Shown: piece by piece, positions 41,101-53,100 of the stretch
How positions within the stretch are numbered: the stretch's first letter is position 1
Layout of the letters: every line of letters begins with the position of its first letter
Source of the DNA: Lytechinus pictus
Lineage: Eukaryota
Direction: 5' to 3'
DNA length: 64,000 bases
Assembly: GCF_037042905.1 (NCBI RefSeq)
Contig: NC_087250.1
Location: forward strand, 18,168,001 to 18,232,000
Made by a program: the position numbers and the translations under genes
The notes under the pieces: generated by a model
What the model was told of the DNA's origin: nothing
Databases searched by the model: none
What the model saw: the letters and a program-made list of their open reading frames with translations, nothing else

Positions 41101-44100
41101 AGACCTTTACAAATTGCTCATGTTAAACCTGTTCTTTGGAATGGGGTAGAGAGGAGATAGAACTTTGTGAACTTTACTGAAGAGAAGAGTGGTGCCTTCA
41201 AGAAGGTATTTAGTAAGGTTAGGTATCTAATAGTGCTCAACTAAAGAGGGAGGGGGTGGATGTGTGCTCCAATCTTAGTCTAGCCCCCCCCCCCCCCTCT
41301 CTGTAAGCCATGCCATCTATAAAATTATCTTTCTTTCTTTCTTTCTCTCTCTCCCCCCTCTCTCTCTCTCCCTTTCTCTCTCTCTTTCTATCTATTTATG
41401 TATCTCTTCCTTCTTACATTTGATAGGCAATAGGCCTAGGAAGATTTTGATATAACAGTTCAATGCAAATGTACTAAAGTAATATGTTCTCATTTTTTTA
41501 TTGTTTCCTCATGCAATCTCATGTATATCTGGTAATTATGTTTGGGGCAGTTCTGGTATCCTGATATATACATCCATATTGTGAATATAACATGTATGAG
41601 TAACACATTAAAATGGGTCATTGCATAGAAAATAGGCATTTTCAATGCATTTCTTTGTGCTAGTGTGAGTGTACAGACATAAAAGAACAGCAGAGTAGCT
41701 ATTAAAAAAAAATCATAGGTCATATAATATAGGTGCCATGATAGTCCAGGAAAAATAACTGATTTTGGGGGTCAACCGCAAACAAATTGCAATAGAATTC
41801 TTTTTACCACAATGCATTTTCCTAAAGTTCCCAAAATGACATACTAAAAGTCCAGAAAAATCCCAGTAGTGGAAAGACGCATAAATCCAAAATGGCCGCC
41901 AGATTTTCAGAAAAATTGAATTTTCATAAATAGATTTTGACATGAACATTTAATTGCCATAAAATTAGTGTCATATGAAAGAGAAATAAATTTCCTATGA
42001 TTTGTTACTATTTATAGGGGATAAATAAATAGTTTGGCTGAGACTTTTTAGTAGAAAAAATGCATTTTTGTCATTTTTTCACCAAAAAATTTGAAATACA
42101 TGTACATGATTTTACATAAATCTAAGGAAAATGGAGCAATTACCTTTAAAGGCTCCAGAAAATTTTATTGATATACTATTATCATGTGGATGAAATTCTA
42201 AATTGATATCATTCTTTTTAAAAAAAATGTATAAGGTATCAAAGTTGACTACTTAAATTTCACAAATGTCGCGTTTTGTATGCATTTTTATAGACGAACA
42301 TGTATAACGTATTTAGTGTATACAGTACAGTAGTTAAAATTGTATGCGTTTATCTACGTTTTTTTAACCACTTAGTTGAGAATAGGCTTTTCTCTAACAG
42401 CTACATAAAAAGGGCTGGCACATTGACGCCTACCCCTCTCAGGGAGCTGTCAAAGTCACGCCCTCTGGCTATATCATGTTGTACAGTGTGTATCAGAATT
42501 AACTCAACCACATATCATTTCAAATTTGTGAAATTTATTAGCTTTATAGTCGAGGAAAAATTACGGATTTAGGGGGTCAACCACAAACAAATTACAAAAC
42601 AATTTTTTTACCGCAATGCATTTCCTTGAAGTCCCCCAAATTTAATAAATATCATTTATTAATCCAAAATGGCGGCCATTGTAAGAATTTTCAGTAAAGA
42701 TTACTTATAGTAGTACAAACACTTGTCTGATCAAAGCACTTAAAAAAAATTATGATCAAAGCATTTACCTTTCACCAGTGTTATATCTTACCATAGGCTT
42801 CGTCTTAAAATCAGGATGCAAGTCAAATTTGGCCTCTGCTGACCTCTAGAGGTCAACGACCTCAAAATATCAGATATTATGGATCCTCACTTTCCCCCTT
42901 CACTCTTAATGTGACTAATCAAGGGTGACACCAAGATATATTGCATGGTCGCAGTGCTGGAATGGAATTAAAACCATAGGTTGTTTTGAGTTTCCTCAAA
43001 GCATGAGAATTGTGGGGATGAAACAAGCTAACCTTGGTCTTTGGGTTTGAAGACTGGACTCAAGCAAGAACACTACCCTGAGAGAGTTAGTTCTTTTGAA
43101 TTCTTTACCTGCTGGTCTTCATGTTGAAAATGTTGAAATTTACACCCGTTAGTTAGTTACCGTGTTAAGTCGGAAGTCCTCAGTGAATAGCCTGTATATT
43201 ATTTCCAAAGTTAAAAACCAGCCTGGCTAGGAATATATGTTGTTCTATAATGGGACCATCTTTTTGTATAGGATGAGATGCTCAAGTAGCTTGTAGAGAT
43301 ATCAGAATAGGGTGATTTGCCTGTAGCTTTTATGCACATTTGGATCTTTCCCAAGTTTGAGGTATTACTTTAGCCTTCTTCAAAATTTATTTGAGATGGG
43401 ACTGTGTAGCACATTGTTAAACAGGCTGACAAGCCATTCTTAAGTATGGAAGCTTAAGGTGTTCATATAATAATCTCGTCATGTCTACATCTCTCAAGGA
43501 AAAAAAGATAAGAAAAAGAAATCTCGGATCTCGTCATGTCTTCATCCTGTGGGATAGATGGTCCAAGATCTTGTCTTGTATACATCCTGTATGAGACGAT
43601 CAGATGACAAGATATGTGATCTAATCATGTCAACATCTTTTTGAAGAGATGATCAGATCTGTTATCTCGTCATGTCTACATCTTTTAGAAGAGATGATCA
43701 GATGGCAAGATCATGGATCTCGTCATGTCCACATCATGTAAGAGAGATGATCAGATGACAAGATCTGGGATCTCGTCATGTCTACATCTCTTAGGGAAAA
43801 AGATAAGATGACAATATCTTAGATCTGATCATCTTTCCCACAGCATGTAAAAAATGGTGAGATCCAAGATCTTGCCATCTGATCATCTCCCACACAGGAT
43901 GTAGACATGACAAGATCTAAGATATTTTCATCTTATCCTTTTCTCTAAGGGATGTAGACATGACGAGATGATTACATCTGGGTGGCAGATCAAAATGTTT
44001 CATTTACTCAAAGGGGTGTCAGCGAAGCGTACTGCCTTTCCCTTCTCTGTTCCTTCGATTTCATTATCCAGGTGAAGTCTCCATTGGACTGGTCCAATGG

Positions 44101-47100
44101 AAGATATCCACTTTGGTGTAGATTGTACTGGGTTGTTCTATTCAGCAGAAGCTGGATAGTAAACTAGTTACATTTAATATTCTAAATACAGTGACCTTTG
44201 AAAGTTTCAGGTTTAAAGATCACAACTTTTAATATTCGCAAATTTTCTCATGTATCAAGGGACCTTAAAAGTTAAAATTAACTATTCTCACAATCTAACA
44301 ATGTTTATAACGAATTATTATTATTAATCCTTAAGGTCATTGCCTCTAGAGTTCAGCACAGGTCAAATCAGAATTGCAACCGATTTTTAAAATGAAACCT
44401 ATGATAAAATATAACAGTGATAAATGTTTAATGCTTTAATCATATTCTTAGTGTTATGATCAGACCAGTGTTCGTACTACTACGATTAATCATTTTGGAT
44501 CACGTTTGATGCAAATTAAACGCTTTTCCAGCACTTGGATCTTTCTGGACTTTGGTATGTCATTTTGGAGAGTTCATGGAGATGCAATGTGTTGAAAGAA
44601 ATAGTATTGCAATTTTCACACCTTGAGGCCTGTATATCATAAAAAAGTGATGCTTAGCGTCAATGTTCCAAAATATTAAGGTCATTGACCATTTCTAGCT
44701 CTCCAGTGTTCAAAGGTCAAAGTTTATAATCCACCAAATTCTTTCTAAAATATCAGGATACCTCGGAAGTTAATATTGAATAATTTTGTTTTCATTATTA
44801 CTATTTGTGTCATGAGCTAATGATGCAAAGCATCAATTTTCTGATATTTTGAGGTCATTGACCTTAAGGTATTTGACCTCTAGAGTCAGCGGAGGTCAAA
44901 TCGGACTTGCATTATAATATTGAAATGAAGCATATGGTAAGATATAACACTGATAAAGTTCAATGCTTCAATAATAATTTTTTAAAGTGCTATGATCAGA
45001 CCAGTGCTTGTACTAATAATCATTAAAAGTTTTCATGATGGTCGCCATTTTAGATTTATGCAAATTAGACGTCTTTCCACTACATGGATTTTTCTGGACT
45101 TTTAGTATGTCATTTTGGTGACTTCATGAAAATGCATTATGCTGAAATAAAAAGTATTGCAATTTTTCACGAGATGCCTGTTTATCATAAACCACTGAGG
45201 CTAAGTATCAATATTGTAATATGTTAAGGTTATTGACCTTTGCCAGTGCTCCAGGGTCAAAAGTCAACATTTATAATACACAAAATTCTTTCTAAAATAT
45301 CAAGATACCTTGAAAGTCAATATTGAATAATTTTGTTTTCATTATAACCATATTTATTATGTACTAATAATAAAAAAAAAATCACTTTTCTGATGACCTC
45401 TAGAGGTCAGCGGAGGTCAAATTTGACTTGCGTCTTGATTTTAAAATGAAGCCTATGGTAAGATATAACACTGGTGGAAGTTTCATGCTTTTATCATAAT
45501 TTGTGAAAGTGCTATGTTCAGAACAATGTTTGTACTACTATCAATAATCATCAAACATTCTTACGGTAGCCGCCATCTTTGGATTAATGCAAATTAGACA
45601 TCTTTGCACTAAATGGCTTTTTCTGGACTTTTAGTATGTCATTTTGGGGACTTCGTGGAAATGCAATGCAATTTTGTTTGCGGTCAAACCTTATTTTTCC
45701 TGGACTATGAGCCTAATTACATCAGGAGGGCTAAATATATTCGTTCGACCCAACCCGTTCGATTTTTTTTCAATTTGATATTGGTGATTGACAAAAGTGT
45801 ATGAATATGATTCAAAATCTCACACTGATTCTAGAAATGGTAACTACTGAACTTCCTTTGCCCAAATTGGGAAGATATATCAATGATTTGGAACTATTTT
45901 TTGACTGGCGGAAGAATTGAGGCTATTTTACTGTTTCAGTTGATGAGTTTGATCTCATCATAGTTATCTTCATAAATGACGATTTATTTTTAAAATGAAC
46001 TGGCTACGATACCCTTCTCTGGTCAGATATGGAATGCCAGATATATATCCTATCCACAGGTAGTAACCATTCGACCCTCTAATTTCACATTTATTTTTTT
46101 ATTAATTTTTCTTAAGTGCCATTTTAACATACAGGTCTATGGGGAATGTTTTACGCGCGTGACACCCAAAAAATACTAATGTCCAACGAACATAGAGGGC
46201 AGCAACACACAGCAGTGCTGCTGGTGTGTGTCGCTGCCCTCTCTGTTCGTTGATAATACCCTAGTCACATCAACATCAACGAAACTACATCCGAACTGAC
46301 CGATTGTGTGTCATCGAAAAAAAACGTAATAGCTTTGATTGTTGCAGTAGTCGGCTCCAACGGTTTGACTTTTGAATTAATTCTATATAATTTTTATATG
46401 TTATACGCAGATACATTCTAGTCTGCAGGCACAGACCCTGATTGGAACTTTGATCAACAAGTGTGCCCCCACGCAAAGACTAGCACATACAAAACTTGCT
46501 GTTCCAATACCTGAGCGAGAGGGCCTTCAGTACACAATGAGTAGGCTGCAATTCAGAGCCTTTACTCGAGTGAAGGGTTTGCCCAGCAGACTAGATATAT
46601 TTTTAGCATACAAACTACCCTTCTCCCACAAAGGTGACAAAGCACAATGCAGCAACAACAAAAAAGGAAACAAATTCAAAGCAAAACAAAAGAATACAGT
46701 ACTGGGTTTGATTCCCAACCATGCATGGCTTGTTTTCCTTCAGCAAGAAATTTACCTGCATTGTGCTGCACTCAACCCAGGTCAAGTAAAAGGGTACCGT
46801 CAAGAAGTAATTCATCAAAAAAACTGTGAGGATCGGAATCGGTAGACTGGCTTAGCCGGGGTGATAAAAACGCATTTCGACCTAACAAGGTTGATAGGTG
46901 CGCTATACATCCTTTATTATCATTATTATTTTTTTATTTATTACAATATTGTTATGATTGACATTGAACTTTTAGATATTAGACCATGAAGGCCTATCAC
47001 TACTTTGATGATATTTTGTAAACATAAAAAATGTATAAATCACAAATATTCACTGCGCAAAATACAAGAATGAATATGTGCATTACACTTTGTAGTCATT

Positions 47101-50100
47101 CACCTATACTTGGTGATTTGAAGTTCTTGTTATTTGGTTTAAAATGAGGAGTATGTTATCAGCCAGTGATGAAATCCTAAGAATGATATGATTTATGACG
47201 CAGCAGATTTTTTTTCGTTGATTTTCAATTCCATTTACCTTTTCACTTTCAGTCACGTGACCACTGTTTACATCACATTTGATCTTGAGTTCTCCCTTCT
47301 CCCAGAGGACGAATATTTTCTTGGTCGGTGCCATTTTGACGTAACCAAGCTTTTCTTCTTCAGTACCAATTATCTGTTTATCAAAGAAGAAATAGAAGAA
47401 GAAGAAAAGAAGGTGATGATGACGAAGAAGAATAATTCACATTGCCCAAAGGTCTAATAAATATTTTTTAGATTATGTTCTTCAAACTTTTCTAGCTTAT
47501 CTAACTTTTGATTTACATTAACTCAAGATTAAGACAGTTTTGAAAAAAATGACCGTCAACGCAAGTAAAAAAGCAAAAAATCAACTCTTTAATGTTTTCA
47601 ACTTAATATTTTTTTCTGAAAGATAAATACATAAATGAAAAAGTAATTAAATAAATAAATGAATAAATAAATAAATAAATGAATAAGTAAACAAATAAAG
47701 AAGTAAATAGATGAATGAATGAATAAATAAATAAGACAAAATAAAAACTCCAACCATACATTTTGACAATAACATGATAACATTAAAACATAAATTCATA
47801 ACATTGAGCTAGCACAAATATGATAGTTTTTATAATGATTTTGATGATAATATCTCACGTCTTCAAGGCCTGGGGTGTCATTGTACAAACGTAGGTGGCA
47901 GCATTGCGGTTGTAGACGGCTGAGTGATTTGGGAAGGTAGGGCGTCGAAGCGACTTGCTTTCCCAGGAAATAATCCGAAATTACCATGAACAGTTCATAG
48001 ATTGAGAAGTGGTTGATATACACTTCAATTATGTCTTGCCTGACAACGCACCGGGGCATCCCAGTTGGTGATAGCTCTTCCTTGGTGACTAGAATCATGG
48101 AAAATTGATTCATTTGAAATTATCTTGATTTTCATCTTCATCTTGATTTACTGGTTAAGTTATACATGAAAAAATATTGTCTCTATAATAATGGCTGTAT
48201 GATGATTATGATGATGCCGATTATATGTCAAAACAAATGTTATGCATTAGGGTAACAGTAACATTAACAGTGTTTTGTTAATGCCTTTTAGCCTTTATTC
48301 AGATAATATCACATTTTTTTAACATACAAGGGTAATAAATAAAATATACGCAATAAAGTGAAGTACATGTATACAGCAATATAACAAATGAAAATGTATA
48401 CATTATACATTATGATGATGGGTGACGTCCCCATGTTCAATATAACGCCCTCATCTGGTCGTATTCTTTGAGGTAAGGTCAAAACCCACAATGCAATGAA
48501 TGTGATCCTTGTGGCTAGCTATAATCACGTGATGGCATTTTTACCAATCACCGATTTAATCTCTACAACCCGTGTACTATCAAGTTTTATTTACCTTTAT
48601 TATTGAAAAAAAAAAAGATTCATTTGAAATTATTTTATTTTCATCTTCATCACTGGTTAAATCATACATAATAGATATTTGTTGTCTATAATAATAGCTG
48701 CATAATGATTATGATGATGGCGATTATATGAATTTAACTATGTGTCAAAACAAATGTTATGAATTAGGTTAACAGTAACATTAACAGTGGATGACGTCTC
48801 CATGTTCAATATAACGCCCTCATCTGACCGAAATATTTGAGGTAACGTCAAAACCTACAATGCAATGAATGTGATCCTTGCGGCTAGACACGAGCACGTG
48901 ATGGCATTTTGACCAATCACTGATCCAATCTCTAGAAGCTGTGTACTATTAAGTTTTATTTACCTTTATTATTGGACAAAAAATTGATTCATTCGATTTT
49001 TTTTTCATCTTCATCACCGTTAGGTTTATGCATAATAATTATTGTCTCTTTAATAATGGCTGTATACTGATTATGATGATGGCGATTATGTGAATTAGAA
49101 ACTATATTTTAAACAAATGTTGTGAATTAGGGTAACAGTAACATCAACAGTTGGTGACGTCTGAATGGCCAATATAACGCCTTCATCTGATCGTATTCTT
49201 CGAGGTAACGTCAAAACCTACATTGCAATGAATGTGATCCTTGCGGCTTGATCCTTGCGGCTAACTATGATCACGTGATGGAATTTTGACCAATCACTGA
49301 TCCAATCTCTAGAAGCTGTGTACTATTAAGTTTTATTCACCTTTATCGCCCTGCGTGACGTGCATGTTGACCATGACCATAGAGGGATCTGTTAATATTG
49401 CGCAATGGGGGACCACCAACCTCAATGGGGTATCAAAAATGGTCCCCGATGGCTCGAAGATCACACCCGGTGACACAAGTGCCTCATCCTCTGTGATAAG
49501 GGGACTCGATGGCTGTGGTAGAACCTAAAAGAGAGAGAGAGGGGGGATAGAGAATGCTGGCTTTAGGGATCTTAAATAACAGCACCAAATCATTACGGAA
49601 TCTTTATGCAGACTTTTACCGACAAAAAGAGTCTTGTATTCCTAATATGTAATATTTCCTTATTCGCCCTACAAAATCTTGAATGAACCTGTTATCTCTT
49701 ACGTAACATGCAATCGGAAAATAATAAATTGATACATCCAGTAGTTATTATACTCAGGTTGATAATCACTCTACAACAAAAAAGGGCTTAAAACGAGGGC
49801 TATAGAAATTGGGAAGGGGCAGGGGTCCGGTCATTTGTTTGACAAACGTACAAAAAACGTAAAAATGATAATCTGATTGTGAATTTTCGCATGATCAGCC
49901 CCTCCCCTACTTTCCGCCTACGCCCCAAATTTCAAAATTCGTTCCATTGCCCATTGATAAAGTCAGTAAGGAGTGTCGCACTGCGATGAAGAACGCATCG
50001 TAGAACACAGGTAATGTATTGTCAAAAGGACAAATGTCAAATGCTCTTCATGACAAAGCACAACCAAAAGTCTTTAGTCGCTTTGAACTTACGAACAGCT

Positions 50101-53100
50101 TTATGAAACACCCACCAGAGGTCATAGGGGCAGATTTAGAATGGTAACAGAGTTTTTGGTTCAGAATAATGTTAAAGTAATGATTAGGGTTACTTTATTT
50201 AGTTTTGGAGGTTAGAATCTATAATTGGCTCAACGTGCCTATTTTCCATCGGATCAATTATCGCAAGAGCAAATGTCATGGAACATAATCACCCAGCCTA
50301 CCTTCATCGTGATTTTGCATTCCTTTCGTAAAGCAAGGGCTGGGATAAAGAGACTAATACCATGAGCAGGTAGCACAATTGTACCTCCTCGAGATGGATG
50401 GATCATTTGACTAGACATGTCTGGATCTGATAATAAAAGGAATAATTAATGGCCTGTTCATGATCAAGGTTTGTTATTCAATTTACCTTTAATTTCAAGG
50501 ATATTTCTGGAATAAAAACAAAATATTTTCTTTTTTTGACAAAAGACAAAAGTTTTGACACATGTAGGTTGAAATCAATAAGGTATAGCATATTGTACAG
50601 TAAAACCCAACACAAAAGCAACAATTATCACATAGCATAAGATGAACGATTACAGAACATTGACCATACGACACGACGTCAGCGACCACAATAAAAGAAA
50701 ATAGCATTTAAAAATCCGCTAATATATAAACTACAAAGTTTTAGAATCAATAGGATTCATAAGTAGTCAGACACATGAATTATGCAAAAAAACCAATGTT
50801 AAATTCAGAATATTGATTTCCAGATCGTTAAAAATTATTAAGAATAGGAATGAATGGAAGGTGAGGCAGAAGGTGGAGTTGATAGGAATATGGGAAAAAG
50901 ATAAAGGAAATGCATTGAGAGATTCAATATAAAATTACATAAGAGGTAAATAATTATGATAAATGTATAGAAAGAACAACGAGAGCAAGAAGAAGAATAC
51001 GAACGAAAGGAGAAGAAGTGGAAGGGCAAGAAGAATCAAAAGTGGAAGGGCAAGAAGAATCAAAAGTGGAAGAACAATACCATATTAAACGAGAGGAAAC
51101 AAGTAATTGAATGAAAAGACAGCTATAATGGGAAAAAAATAAAAAGTAAATATACATATAGTTAGAGTGTAAGAACAACCCTCTTGTTCCTAAAGTTGAC
51201 AAGTGGAATGTTTTTCCATGACCGGTCAGTCAGTCAATAATTTATATATTAACGTGCAGTCATGTGCGACGACTTCGGCGACGAGTTCGTGTTTCATATT
51301 TCTGGAATGCTCTTACCTCTATTAGACTGTACATCATCAAAGGAAGGTAATCTGCAGTAAGCAATTAATACAAAATTATTTAACTTCTAATATCTTGAAT
51401 TATATTTACCACATCAACTGCATTAAAATCATTTAGAATATTTAAAAGAAAACCTAATTTTTTGATGGACTTCTGATGATAATACATAAGTGAAAAGTAT
51501 TCACAAATTGTGTGCCATTTTAAATTGCAAACTATGTTTTTTTTAAGCTACTCGAACTAATTAAACCCAGAGAATATTGAAAGGACAATTCCATCACAAC
51601 AGAAAATTGGTTTGAATGATAACATATACTCCACACTAGCATAACACTGAATATTTAATCAAAATCGGGATTGAAATAAGGTTTTTTCTTTTAAATTTTC
51701 GCTCGATTAAAAAATAACATTTGTACAATATGCACATACTGGTCGGTATGCAAAAGAGTGGACAGATGATGTCACCCAATTGCTGTTTCCTTTGTATTTC
51801 ACTATACAGTGCGTCCCAGAAAAAACGAAACCGAGATTTAGCGATGATTTATCATAACTTAATCATAAATAAAATAGACAAATGACCTACCAATGTAAAG
51901 CTTAGAATCTCCTCTTTCATCTGGTATTACTTAGATTATTCCTCATTCACGCATGATTGAGCAAAAACAATTCGAAGAAAGGATGCCAAAAACTCATTTG
52001 GCGGGGGTATCTGAATTTCAAAAAGAAAATCACATGACTAAAAAGTTCAATATCTTCTCTTTTCTTTGATACCTAAATCACAAAAAATGGTCAAGTAGTA
52101 AAAAAGTTATGATCCCTCGAAACAATGCTTGTAATTCCATAATTTCATTAAAGTTGAATTAAGAAGGGGGAGAGTTTCCATAAATATAGGTTCTACATAC
52201 AATATATAGTATATATAAGTTGTTCAAACACATAGCATGTCACAATAATCCTCTGCCTTCTCGATATTTTGCTTTGAAAGTCTATGAAATTAGCCACCTG
52301 TCAGAGCCCGAGAGACGAGTGTACAGAAAAGTCACTCGGAGTGTGACGTCACCGGGGGGAATTTAGTATAAGAGGTGCCTGAATGTCATACAGAAATGCT
52401 ATGCAGAGAGAGAAAGATATTTTACAATTTTTTTTCAAAGCAACTCAAATCAAACAAATAGGACTGATATGTACAAATCTTTACTTTCCCTGTATAAAAA
52501 ACAGTATGAATAACCACCATGAACTCTTCAATCATGATGTAAGATAGCAAACAGTGAGTTATTGAATGATATTTTCACTATTTCTCATTTATTTATTACG
52601 ATGTTCAATCAAGTGAGTAGCTGGAAAGTAATTCTGGCGGCTAGCTCAGCGCGCGCTGAACGCATAATACTAGTACACACAACACCCAGGCATTGAGTGT
52701 ACTGTTATGGTCTGGTATGTCGACTTAGTTCATGGCCGTGCAGCGATCCCCTGGCGTTTTTTCTTCTTTTCTTTTGTCTTTGACTCCACTTTTATATCCT
52801 CTGGATCATTTCCACTCACAGCTCATTCCACAGAACAATCTTGAACCAAACGTATAGTATTCTTTCTCGGCCTTCTGAGTTGTTTTCTATATTTAATTAC
52901 GCTAGGGGTCACCGTCACACATACAAACGCAATTCGGAAGTGAGTTGAAGACAGAAAGATATATAGTAATTAGTATACATCTCTATGGTTGAAGACAACA
53001 AGAACGGTACGGTAGCTCGACAGCTAGCTGCGCCGGAGCGGGCGGCCGGTCGGCACAAAGCAATTCCGCAACCAACTGTGTTTTTTTGCAAGAGCCGCGT

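Noticed and set aside
44020..44185. Candidate extra exon
   Set aside because: It lies inside the Academ-like insertion, shows no domain similarity and is not needed for phase.
50385..50426. Shorter 42-nt exon using donor GAG|gtacaa
   Set aside because: Reading through to the 50301 donor gives the ZU5 signature and the phase needed for the next exon.
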